Translations under genes and position numbers: made by a program
Source: Pyrodictium occultum
GTDB taxonomy: Archaea; Thermoproteota; Thermoprotei_A; Sulfolobales; Pyrodictiaceae
Direction: 5' to 3'
DNA: 32,000 bases
Assembly (NCBI RefSeq): GCF_001462395.1
Contig: NZ_LNTB01000002.1
Span: 30,001 to 62,000 of the forward strand
In this document: one piece after another, positions 14,835 through 22,663 of the stretch
Layout: each line of letters starts with the position of its first letter
Position numbering within the stretch: the stretch's first letter is position 1
Notes under the pieces: model-generated
Seen by the model: the letters and a program-made list of their open reading frames with translations, nothing else
The model's database searches: none
What the model was told of the DNA's origin: nothing

Positions 14835-15497
14835 GTGTCCCGGCAGGAGAGGCTCCACGTGGTGGATAACCCGGCGCTCCAGGGGGTCCTGCTGGAGCTG
14901 CGGGACAGGAGGACCCCGAGGCACAGGTTCAGGGAGCTGCTGGAGACAGCCGGGCTGCTCCTGGGCTACGAGGCAGGCAGGCTCCTCCAGACCAGGGTCG
15001 AGGAGGTGGAGACCCCGCTCGGCGCCCGCGCCGCCGGCGCCAGGGTGGCGGACGAGGAGCTAGTCATAGTCGCGGTGCTCCGCGCCGCTGTGCCGATGGC
15101 CCTGGGAGCGGCCAGGCTCTACCCGAGGGCCCAGCTGGGCTTCGTGGCGGCCTCGAGGCTGGAGGAGACAGGCAGGATGGAGGGCGGCAGAATGATATTC
15201 GACGTGGACACCCCCTACTGGCGGCTGCCGAGGCTCACGGGCCGGGACGTGATGATCGTAGACCCCATGCTGGCCACGGGGAGCACCCTGGCGCGCATAG
15301 CCTCGAGGATAGCCAGGGAGGAGCCGCGCCGGATAGTAGCGGTCACCCTCATAGCCACGAGGCAGGGCGTGGAGAGGCTCCTCGAGGCCGCGCCCAGAGC
15401 CCAGGTGGTGGCCGCAGCGGTGGACCCGGAGCTGAACGAGAAGGGGTTCATCGTGCCGGGGCTGGGCGACGCGGGGGACCGGTGCTTCGGCGAGTAA
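14835..15497 (+). CDS. upp: Uracil phosphoribosyltransferase
   Basis: The PRPP loop VMIVDPMLATGSTL is present. The C-terminal motif GFIVPGLGDAGDRCFG is diagnostic of Upp. Confidence 0.9.
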   Translation: MSRQERLHVVDNPALQGVLLELRDRRTPRHRFRELLETAGLLLGYEAGRLLQTRVEEVETPLGARAAGARVADEELVIVAVLRAAVPMALGAARLYPRAQLGFVAASRLEETGRMEGGRMIFDVDTPYWRLPRLTGRDVMIVDPMLATGSTLARIASRIAREEPRRIVAVTLIATRQGVERLLEAAPRAQVVAAAVDPELNEKGFIVPGLGDAGDRCFGE

Positions 15498-15619
15498 TCC
15501 CCCGAGGGCAGGGCTCAAAAACGCTGGGCAGGGAGGGGATGAGGATCTTTTCGGGGAGCGCGACCCGGCGGGCCGCCGGGGATGGCCTGGCGGTTACCCA
15601 GCCGACCCTGCCTCCCCTG

Positions 15620-15979
15620 CTAGAGCGCGCTCCTTATCCTCTCCCTCTGCTTCTTCAGCTCGTAGCGGAGCCTGCCGAGTATGGCGCGGCGGTCGGCCAC
15701 CAGTACTGTCAGGGCCTCGCCCACGTCGTCGAATAGGACGTAGTTGTTCCGATACTCTATTATCACGTCCGTTATGTCGCCCAGGTTCAGCTCCTCGCCC
15801 AGCCTCGTGGCGGCGCCGTAGAGCGTCGTGACCATGGCGGCGAGCGAGTCCGGGTCTATGCTGGCCTCCCCCGTATGCACATAGTCTATCACGAAGCCGT
15901 CCTTGGACACTATAGCCGCGGCTGTTACACCCTCTATCCTGGTGAAGTCTGTGAGCACCACCCTCATAGGGGAGGACAT
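15620..15979 (-). CDS. Roadblock/LC7 (MglB-like) domain protein
   Basis: FTRIEGVTAAAIVSKDGFVIDYV...DPDSLAAMVTTLYGAATRLGEEL...IIEYRNNYVLFDDVGEALTVLVADRRAILGRLRYEL fits the Roadblock/LC7 pattern. The start is set to ATG 15979 (ATG 15967 also possible) because the TATA-like box at 16019-16026 lies inside the longer ORF. Confidence 0.75.
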   Translation of the reverse strand: MSSPMRVVLTDFTRIEGVTAAAIVSKDGFVIDYVHTGEASIDPDSLAAMVTTLYGAATRLGEELNLGDITDVIIEYRNNYVLFDDVGEALTVLVADRRAILGRLRYELKKQRERIRSAL

Positions 15980-16018
15980 AGGCCGCCACCGGGTGGGTAG
16001 GGAGGCAAGCAGGCTAGG

Positions 16019-16026
16019 ATAAAAAG
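16019..16026 (-). promoter_or_regulatory. TATA-like box (CTTTTTAT on the minus strand) for the Roadblock gene
   Basis: This AT island lies about 40 nt upstream of ATG 15979. Confidence 0.5.
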
Positions 16027-16142
16027 TAGAGACCAAATAGGATACAGCCGCGCCAAATTAAGCGTATCCACGGGCAGGCCATCCGCCAGCCTTAACAGCG
16101 GTCTTACGGAGCCACGCCGGCACGCCGCGGGCACCCGGGGGG

Positions 16143-16967
16143 CTAGCCCTCCTCCCGCCTCTCCCTCGCCCTCCTCCCCGCCTCGAGGCCCAGGGCCGCC
16201 AGGGAGGCCGCCTCGGCGCCGAGCGTTATGGGGTAGAATACGACCGTGTTCTTCTCCTTGGCGACCTCTATGAGCGCCTGGAGCTCCCTGAGCCGGAGGG
16301 CGGCGGGGTGCCTCTCGTAGGTCTGGGCGGCCTCCTCCAGTATCTTGGCCGCCTGGCGCTCGCCCTCAGCCTCTATTATCTTGGCGCGGCGCCACCTCTC
16401 CGCCTCCGCCTGCCTGGCCATGGCCCTGACCATGCCCTCTGGGAGCACCACCTCCTTGAGGGTCACAGCTGTGACCTTTATCCCCCAGGGGTCTGTGAGC
16501 TCGTCGAGTATCCTCTGCAGCTCCTTGTTCAGCTCCTCCCTCCTGGAGAGGAGGTCGTCCAGCTCGCTCTTCCCTATCACGTCCCGCAGCACTGTCTGGG
16601 AGAGGAGGGTGACGGCGACGTTGTAGTTGCGCACCGTGAGCACGGCTTTCAGCGGGTCCTGGACCCGGTAGTAGACCACCGCGTCCACTGAGACCTCCAC
16701 GTTGTCCTTGGTTATTATCCTCTGGCGGGGCACGTCGACGGTGTGTATGCGCAGGTCTATCACCGTCACCCTGTCTATGAAGGGCACCACTATGATGAGC
16801 CCGGGCCCCTTCACCCCCACGACTCTTCCGAGCCTGAACACGACGGCGCGCTCGTACTCCCTCACCACCCGTATGCTGTAGGCGATTATTATGAGGGCTA
16901 TGAGTCCTCCGAGGAGGAGGGCTACGAGCTCCCCGAGGCCCGCCGGGGCGGGCTGGGCTTGCGGCAA
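16143..16967 (-). CDS. SPFH/Band-7 family protein, prokaryotic stomatin
   Basis: There is an N-terminal TM helix. VREYERAVVFRLGRVVGVKGPGLIIVVPFID...ITKDNVEVSVDAVVYYRV...LRDVIGKSELDDLL...GIKVTAVTLKEVVLPE matches stomatin/p-stomatin closely. TTG start. Confidence 0.9.
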   Translation of the reverse strand: MPQAQPAPAGLGELVALLLGGLIALIIIAYSIRVVREYERAVVFRLGRVVGVKGPGLIIVVPFIDRVTVIDLRIHTVDVPRQRIITKDNVEVSVDAVVYYRVQDPLKAVLTVRNYNVAVTLLSQTVLRDVIGKSELDDLLSRREELNKELQRILDELTDPWGIKVTAVTLKEVVLPEGMVRAMARQAEAERWRRAKIIEAEGERQAAKILEEAAQTYERHPAALRLRELQALIEVAKEKNTVVFYPITLGAEAASLAALGLEAGRRARERREEG

Positions 16968-17003
16968 GGCACTGCATCCTGATATATTGCTCCGATTGCC
17001 CGG

Positions 17004-17010
17004 CTATAAG
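17004..17010 (-). promoter_or_regulatory. TATA-like CTTATAG (minus strand) upstream of the stomatin gene
   Basis: It lies about 40 nt upstream of TTG 16967. A second AT island (GATATATT, 16981-16988) lies closer to the start. Confidence 0.35.
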
Positions 17011-17052
17011 CACGTGCCCCTCCTAGGGCGGGCCGCCGGCTCCGCGGCTAGC

Positions 17053-17061
17053 TTTATTAAC
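17053..17061 (+). promoter_or_regulatory. TATA-like TTTATTAAC upstream of the DUF89 gene
   Basis: This is the strongest plus-strand AT island in the 16968-17135 divergent spacer. Confidence 0.45.
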
Positions 17062-17135
17062 TGGGTCTACGGTGGGCGCCCTCCCGGCTCTCCCTGCAGG
17101 GGCTTGGACTGTCCACAGGGCCCTCCTGAGGCTAG

Positions 17136-18089
17136 GTGCTGCAGGCGGAGGTGGTCTGGTTAGTTGGATTCGGGGTCCGTGTGAGGAGGAGGGAGCCCCT
17201 GGACCCCCTGGAGTGTGTCGCCTGCCTCGTTTACGAGAGGCTGCAGGCCGTCGCGGGCGACCGGGCCAGGGAGGCCAGGGTCCTGGCTAAGGCCGCTGAG
17301 CTGGTGGCCAGGTGGCCGAGCAGGACCAGCGTGTTCGTGGAGAGCTACGACTATGTGGAGAGGCTGCTGGGCGTCCACGACTTGTACCGTGAGAAGAGGG
17401 AGGAGCTGAGCCACGCCGTCCTCGAGGCCCTCGGGGCCCTGGACCTGGCGGGCATGGAGGACTGGGAGATCTTCTCCCTCATGGCCGCTGCTAACGGCGT
17501 CGACATACCGATGCCGGGGTACCGGCCGGGGCTGGAGAAGCTGCTCCGGGGGCTGCGGGACCGCGCGGCATGGCTGGGGCTCGGGGAGGGCGACGTCGAG
17601 AAGCTGCTGGGGGCTTCGGAGAGGATAGTGGTTGTGCTCGACAACGCGGGAGAGGCGGTGCTAGACATAGCCGCGGCGGGCGAGCTCGCCAGGAGGGCCG
17701 GCAAACCCCTCTACCTGGTCGCCAGGGGCGAGCCCTACGAGGTGGACGTGACCGCCAGGGAGGCCGTGGAGCTGGCCGCGAGGCTCGAGCCGGGGGCGAG
17801 GGTGGTGAGCACCGGGGGCAGGTACCCCGTCTTCCATCCCAGGGCGTCCCAGGAGTCCAGGAGCCTGCTCGCCGACGGGAGCCTGGTGCTGGTTAAGGGG
17901 ATAGCCAACCTGGAGGCGTTCCTAGACTACCCCGACGCCGCGGGGCCCGGGGCCAGCCTGGTGTTCATGCTCAGGGCGAAGTGCGGGCCCCTCTCCAGGT
18001 TCTTCAGGGTGGGCCACGCGGAGCCCGTGGTGGCATCGGCCGAGTGGCTGCTGGAGAGGCTCCGGGAGTGGAGGAGCCCCGGGGGCTAG
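17136..18089 (+). CDS. DUF89 / ARMT1-like metal-dependent (damage-control) phosphatase family protein
   Basis: The family pattern is present: N-terminal ECVAC, DLYREKREE, VVVLDNAGEAVLDI, ARGEPYEVDVTAREA, LVLVKGIANLEAFL and FMLRAKCGPLSRFF. The start may be GTG 17181 instead of GTG 17136. Confidence 0.75.
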   Translation: MLQAEVVWLVGFGVRVRRREPLDPLECVACLVYERLQAVAGDRAREARVLAKAAELVARWPSRTSVFVESYDYVERLLGVHDLYREKREELSHAVLEALGALDLAGMEDWEIFSLMAAANGVDIPMPGYRPGLEKLLRGLRDRAAWLGLGEGDVEKLLGASERIVVVLDNAGEAVLDIAAAGELARRAGKPLYLVARGEPYEVDVTAREAVELAARLEPGARVVSTGGRYPVFHPRASQESRSLLADGSLVLVKGIANLEAFLDYPDAAGPGASLVFMLRAKCGPLSRFFRVGHAEPVVASAEWLLERLREWRSPGG

Positions 18090-18139
18090 AGGCCTCAATA
18101 CCCCCTGGGCCCCGGGCTGCCCGCGGGGCGTGCGCCGCT

Positions 18140-18976
18140 GTGGCTGTCCTCCGTGTAGCCCACACCCCGGACCCCGACGACGCCTACATGTTCTACGGTA
18201 TCGTCAAGGGGGCGGTGCGGCTGCCGGGCTACGAACGGGTCGAGCACCTGGTGGAGGATATCGAGACCCTGAACCGCCGGCTGGTGGAGGAGGGCTGTGA
18301 GGTCGAGGTAACGGCTGCCAGCGCCCACGCCTACGCCTACCTGGCGGACCGCTACTACCTGATGACCGCGGGGGCGAGCATGGGCGAGGGCTACGGCCCC
18401 ATACTGGTCGCCCGGGGTAGGCTGCAGGGGCTCCGCGGCGCCAGGGTGGCGGTGCCAGGCCGCTACACCACCGCCCGGCTCCTCCTGCGGCTCGCCACGG
18501 GCGGCGGCTACCGGGAGGTCTACGCCAGGTTCGACAGGATCCCCGGCATGGTTCTCCGGGGCGAGGCTGACGCCGGCCTACTGATACACGAGGCCCAGCT
18601 GACCTACAGTGAGATGGGGCTGGTCAAGGTGCTCGACCTCTGGGAGTGGTGGAGCAGCGTCGCCCGCGGGCTCCCGATGCCGCTGGGCGTGGACCTGGCC
18701 TCCAGGAGGCTTGGCCGGGAGGAGGCAGCGAGGCTGCGGGGGGCGCTGCAGGAGAGCATCAGGTACGCGTGGAGCCACCACCGGGAGGCCCTGGAGTACG
18801 CAGCCGGCTTCGCTAGGAGCGGGAGCCTGGAGCAGATAGACAGGTTCGTGCGGATGTATGTGAACGAGCGCACCCTGGACATGGGCGTGGAGGGGAGGAG
18901 GGCCCACCGCCTCCTCTACGAGATGGCCTGGGACGAGCGCCTCATACCTGAGCCTGTGGAGCCCGAGTTCGTGTAG
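18140..18976 (+). CDS. mqnD: MqnD-like 1,4-dihydroxy-6-naphthoate synthase (VitK2-biosynthesis family)
   Basis: LRVAHTPDPDDAYMFYGIVKG corresponds to the MqnD N-terminus (SPCPNDTFxFyal). DIETLNRRL, VTAASAHAYAYL and GEGYGPILVAR follow the family pattern. The start is moved from ATG 17981, which overlaps DUF89 by 109 nt, to GTG 18140. Confidence 0.75.
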   Translation: MAVLRVAHTPDPDDAYMFYGIVKGAVRLPGYERVEHLVEDIETLNRRLVEEGCEVEVTAASAHAYAYLADRYYLMTAGASMGEGYGPILVARGRLQGLRGARVAVPGRYTTARLLLRLATGGGYREVYARFDRIPGMVLRGEADAGLLIHEAQLTYSEMGLVKVLDLWEWWSSVARGLPMPLGVDLASRRLGREEAARLRGALQESIRYAWSHHREALEYAAGFARSGSLEQIDRFVRMYVNERTLDMGVEGRRAHRLLYEMAWDERLIPEPVEPEFV

Positions 18977-19010
18977 CCCCCGGGCCCCGTGGTCCTCCGG
19001 GGGCCTTTTT
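18977..19010 (+). terminator. GC hairpin plus T5 terminator after mqnD
   Basis: CCCCCGG (18977-18983) pairs with CCGGGGG (18997-19003) across a 13-nt loop. TTTTT follows at 19006-19010, immediately after the stop at 18976. Confidence 0.5.
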
Positions 19011-19214
19011 CCGGGAGCCCCGGGCCCTCCCTCGGTGCGGGTTCCGCCCCCCTCTTCTCCGTAGCTCCTTTCACCCCGGCACCATGAACCCGTTACTGCC
19101 GGGTCTATGGGTCCGCACCTGGTTCCGGGGGGCTGTGCAGAGTTGGCTGGTGGCGGCTGCACCGGGGTATCCTGCCTGGGCGGTGTCGGCGGGGAGAGGC
19201 CCGGCAGCCTCCGG

Positions 19215-20636
19215 GTGGGGCTGCTGGACTCCACGCTCCGGGAGGGCGAGCAGACGCCGGGCGTGAGCTTCACTGTGGAGCAGAAGCTGGAGATAGCCAG
19301 GCTCCTCGACCAGGCAGGTGTCGCTATGATTGAGGCCGGCCACCCCAGCGTCGCGCCCGATGTCAGGGAGGCGGTGCGGAGGATCATAGGGCTGAAGAGG
19401 GAGGGGATTATACGCGGGGCCGAGATAGTGGCCCACAGCAGGGCGGCGCGGAGCGACATAGAGGAGGCTGCCTCGCTGGAGCCGGACAGGGTGGCGATAT
19501 TCTACGGGGTGAGCGACATACATCTCCGCTACAAGCACCGGGTGAGCAGGGAGGAGGCCCTCTCCATTATAGGCGAGATGGTGGAGTACGCCAGGGAGCA
19601 CGGCGTGAAGGTGAGGTTCACGGCTGAGGACGCCACCAGGGCTGACTACGGCTTCCTCGTGGAGGCTGTGAGGGCTGCTAGGGACGCTGGAGCGGACAGG
19701 GTGTCCATAGCCGACACGGTGGGCATAGCCACGCCCTACGCTATGAGGAGGCTGTTCGAGAGCCTCCGCCGCGACGTGCCGGGGGTGGAGTACGATGTCC
19801 ACGCCCACAACGACCTGGGCCTAGCGGTTGCCAACAGCCTGGCGGCGGCGGAGGGGGGAGCCACGATCATCCACGTGACGGTCAACGGGCTGGGGGAGAG
19901 GGCTGGGATAGCCCCGCTCGAGCAGGTCGCGGTGGCGCTGAAGCGCCACTACGGGGTCGAGGTGGTGGACCTCAAGCTCATCCCCCAGCTCTCCAGGCTC
20001 GTGGAGCGCTACAGCGGCGTCCCGGTGCCCCCCAACGCGCCGGTGGTGGGGGAGAACGCGTTCATCCACAAGGCGGGCGTCCACGTGGCCGGGGTGCTGC
20101 GGAACCCCGAGACCTATGAGCCCTACCCGCCCGAGTGGCTGGGGAGGACGAGGGACTACACGATAGACAAGTACACCGGCCGCCGCGGGCTCCAGGCCAG
20201 GCTGGAGAGGCTGGGTGTGCGGGTCTCCGAGGAGGAGCTGCAGAAGATCCTCCAGGAGGTTAAGAGGAGGAGCGGCGCCAGGTGGCTCCGCGACGAGGAC
20301 CTGCTGGAGATAGCCGAGGAGGTTACTGGCCGCGCCCTGAGGCCCAGGCCCCCGGAGGAGATAGAGGCGCTCGTCACCGTGAAGTGCGAGGCAAACGTGT
20401 ACACGACCAGCGTGGCTAGGAGGCTGAGCGTGATCCCCGGCGTGGAGGAGGTGGCAGAGGTGACGGGGGAGAACGACATCCTCCTGCGGGTCCGCGCCCG
20501 GAGCCCGGTGGAGCTCAACCAGGTGGTGGAGGCTATAAGAGGGACCCGGGGCGTCCGGGAGACCTACACAATGCTGGTCCTCCGCCGCATCCCCCTCAGC
20601 GACGGCGCGCGGCCCCAGGCCGCCGGCCGGGGCTAG
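19215..20636 (+). CDS. Homocitrate synthase / 2-isopropylmalate synthase family enzyme with a C-terminal RAM (Lrp/AsnC ligand-binding-like) domain
   Basis: LLDSTLREGEQ and HAHNDLGLAVANSLAA...VNGLGERAGIA are DRE-TIM metallolyase (LeuA/NifV/HCS) motifs. The last ~80 aa (ALVTVKCE...IPGVEEVAEVTGENDILLRVRARSPVEL...GVRETYTMLVL) fit the RAM pattern. The start is set to GTG 19215; ATG 19107 is possible. Confidence 0.85.
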   Translation: MGLLDSTLREGEQTPGVSFTVEQKLEIARLLDQAGVAMIEAGHPSVAPDVREAVRRIIGLKREGIIRGAEIVAHSRAARSDIEEAASLEPDRVAIFYGVSDIHLRYKHRVSREEALSIIGEMVEYAREHGVKVRFTAEDATRADYGFLVEAVRAARDAGADRVSIADTVGIATPYAMRRLFESLRRDVPGVEYDVHAHNDLGLAVANSLAAAEGGATIIHVTVNGLGERAGIAPLEQVAVALKRHYGVEVVDLKLIPQLSRLVERYSGVPVPPNAPVVGENAFIHKAGVHVAGVLRNPETYEPYPPEWLGRTRDYTIDKYTGRRGLQARLERLGVRVSEEELQKILQEVKRRSGARWLRDEDLLEIAEEVTGRALRPRPPEEIEALVTVKCEANVYTTSVARRLSVIPGVEEVAEVTGENDILLRVRARSPVELNQVVEAIRGTRGVRETYTMLVLRRIPLSDGARPQAAGRG

Positions 20637-20778
20637 CCCCTGGGGGCCCGTGGAAGGGTTTATGAAACGCCCTGCATGGTGCCTCCATCCTCTCCCGGAG
20701 AATGTAGCGGCTACATGCACGGCAGTGTCCTTCTAAAGGGGGCGCCGCAGCCTAATACTAAAAGAGAGGTGTCCACGT

Positions 20779-21222
20779 ATGAGCAGGCCTGGTGAGATAC
20801 GTGTGGTAGACTACGCGTTCCTCAAGCAGCTGGACGAGTGGGTGAAGATGCAGAGGAAGCTGCTGGACACATTCAGGGAGACCGCTGGGAGGGTTGAGGA
20901 GGGGGACAGGCTCGACATAATAGTGGCTACCAGGGCGGCGTTCCAGCACATGATGAGGACCATCAAGGCTTTCGACAACTGGCTCCAGGACCCCATTATA
21001 ATAGCCCATGTGCCCAGGGAGATGCTGCTGGAGGTGTGGAAGGTTATGTACAACGTGCTGCAGCAGCTGCTGGAGATAGACATCAAGCACACCAGCGACG
21101 TGAGGAACCTGCTGGAGGAGCTGGCGCGGGAGGGCAAGCTGAACCCGCTGGTGGCCACGGTTAAGCAGGTGGGCGAGGAGGAGGAGATGGGCGGCAGGCG
21201 TCCACCGACAATGATGATATAA
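20779..21222 (+). CDS. Hypothetical, probably all-alpha protein (147 aa)
   Basis: The ATG is preceded by GAGGTG 9-14 nt upstream. The composition is clearly protein-like. GC content is lower than in neighbouring genes. It ends in TAA and has an acidic EEEE stretch plus a C-terminal PPTMMI. I cannot name a family with confidence. Confidence 0.7.
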   Translation: MSRPGEIRVVDYAFLKQLDEWVKMQRKLLDTFRETAGRVEEGDRLDIIVATRAAFQHMMRTIKAFDNWLQDPIIIAHVPREMLLEVWKVMYNVLQQLLEIDIKHTSDVRNLLEELAREGKLNPLVATVKQVGEEEEMGGRRPPTMMI

Positions 21223-21325
21223 GGGATGGTGTAGGCTGCTGCGGCTCCGCGGGGCGCCGCCCGCCCCCCAGCCCCTCAGGGTTCTTCTCCCCGGCAGCCC
21301 TCCCGGAGAGCGCCCCACGGGGCCT

Positions 21326-21970
21326 CTAGGAGGGCTCCAGCCTCTCCCCGGTGGCCACGTAGTGGGCCGCCGAGGCTATGTAGACGGCGTGGTCCGCTAT
21401 CCTCTCGAGGTGGCGTAGGAGGAGCACCCTGGCGACCTCGCAGCGGGGGAGCTGCTCGCTCGCCGCGAGCCGGTCGAGGGCCTCCACGTACGCCCTGTCT
21501 ACCTCCTCGTCGAGGAGGATCACGGAGCGGGCCTTCTCCGGGTCCTCGGCCTGCAGCGCCACGTAGGCGGTGGAGAGCATCTCCTCCACCTTGCCGCGGA
21601 GCCCCGGGGCCTCGTGGGCGACCTCCTGGCAGTTGCGGGGGAGCCTCCCGTAGAGCCGGGCTATCTCGAGCGCATACCGGGAGACCCGGAAGAGGTCGTA
21701 GGACGCCTCCATGTAGGCTGTAAGGCGGCGCAGGTCGCTCGCCACCGGCTGGAAGCGCGCCAGCGCCTCCACGGTCTTCTCAATAACCTCCTGGCGGAGG
21801 CGTGCAGCCTCCCTGCTGTAGCTCTCCACCTTCCCCGCGTCGCTCTCCTCGCCGGAGACCAGCTTCATAGCGGTGTCTAGGGATGCAAGCGCGGTGTCGA
21901 ATAGCCGGTCGAGCAGCTCGCCTATCTCGGAGAGCGCCAGCTCTATGGGGCGCGTCAACCCTGGGGCCAC
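21326..21970 (-). CDS. phoU: PhoU-family phosphate-signalling/regulatory protein
   Basis: Two PhoU repeats are present: ASDLRRLTAYMEASYDLFRVSRYALEIA and VLLLRHLERIADHAVYIA. The length is 214 aa. GTG start. Confidence 0.8.
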   Translation of the reverse strand: MAPGLTRPIELALSEIGELLDRLFDTALASLDTAMKLVSGEESDAGKVESYSREAARLRQEVIEKTVEALARFQPVASDLRRLTAYMEASYDLFRVSRYALEIARLYGRLPRNCQEVAHEAPGLRGKVEEMLSTAYVALQAEDPEKARSVILLDEEVDRAYVEALDRLAASEQLPRCEVARVLLLRHLERIADHAVYIASAAHYVATGERLEPS

Positions 21971-22061
21971 CCTCCCGCCGGGTGTCCTCCTGCTCCGCTC
22001 TCTTCCCCGAACCCGGGCCCTGGAGGCCTTTACATAAGTTTCCCACCGGGGCTTGAAGGTG

Positions 22062-22068
22062 TATAAAT
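22062..22068 (+). promoter_or_regulatory. TATA box TATAAAT upstream of the 22166 operon
   Basis: This is the strongest AT island in the 21971-22165 divergent spacer. It implies a leader of about 75 nt. Confidence 0.5.
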
Positions 22069-22126
22069 CACGTCATTGATGCTGGATCGTGGCGAATCCC
22101 CGAGAGGCACGACGCTAGCCTCATAG

Positions 22127-22155
22127 CCTCCCCGGGGAGGGTCTCCCCGGGGAGG
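22127..22155 (+). repeat. Two tandem GC palindromes (CCTCCCCGGGGAGG, then CTCCCCGGGGAG) just upstream of ATG 22166
   Basis: A 14-bp perfect palindrome lies at 22127-22140 and a 12-bp perfect palindrome at 22143-22154, giving a 16-nt period. The second copy contains GGAGG 11-15 nt before the ATG. Confidence 0.5.
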
Positions 22156-22165
22156 CTGAGCAGCC

Positions 22166-22663
22166 ATGGCCGGCCACGCAAGAGTTCTACGCGCGCCCCC
22201 GAGGATCAAGGTGCTCGAGGCCCTCGGCGCGATAGCCGACGGGAGGGTCGAGAGGCTCGGCCCTAGGGTCTACAGGGTTGCTAGCAGCGAGGGGGACCGG
22301 AGCTACCGGGTCTACGTGGACCCCGGCAGGGGCCTCGCCTACAGCGACGACAACGGCACCAGGCTCCGCGGCTACGTGGGCTACCCCATAATAGCCGCGC
22401 TGATGCTGGAGGGCCTGCTCCCCCTCGACGAGAGGCTTGCGGAGGCGCTGCGCGGGGTGTCGTGGAGGAGGCTCAATGAGAGGCTGAAGCGGTACGCGCT
22501 GGTGGAGAGGGAGGTGAAGCGGCTGGCCCGGGAGCGGGGCGTGGACCCCGGGGAGCTGGACGGCTTCGTCGAGAAGGTCATGGAGAGGCTTAGGGGGCTC
22601 CGGCTCCGCTACACGGGGTCTCCGCCCCTCGAGGCGCTCGGCGGGGGCGGCTCTGGTGGCTGA
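22166..22663 (+). CDS. Hypothetical protein (165 aa)
   Basis: ATG start with an upstream GGAGG. Composition is protein-like (YRVASSEGDRSYRVYVDPGRGLAYSDDNGTRLRGYVGYPIIAALMLEG, then a helical tail). The stop overlaps the start of the next gene (GTGGCTGA). I recognise no family. Confidence 0.65.
   Translation: MAGHARVLRAPPRIKVLEALGAIADGRVERLGPRVYRVASSEGDRSYRVYVDPGRGLAYSDDNGTRLRGYVGYPIIAALMLEGLLPLDERLAEALRGVSWRRLNERLKRYALVEREVKRLARERGVDPGELDGFVEKVMERLRGLRLRYTGSPPLEALGGGGSGG

Noticed and set aside
16792-16837. A box C (AUGAUGA) and box D (CUGA) pair 46 nt apart on the plus strand.
   Set aside because: It lies antisense inside the stomatin coding sequence. It has no D'/C' boxes and no terminal stem, so it is most likely coincidental.
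17981-19214. Track start codons ATG 17981 (mqnD-like) and ATG 19107 (HCS-family).
   Set aside because: The 17981 start would overlap the DUF89 gene by 109 nt. Both extensions are low-complexity and precede the point where family similarity begins. 19107 remains possible for the HCS-family gene.
18578-21318. Minus-strand ORFs 18578..19459, 19071..19808, 19821..20720 and 20758..21318.
   Set aside because: They lie antisense to the mqnD-like gene, the HCS-family gene and the 147-aa gene. All have shadow composition.
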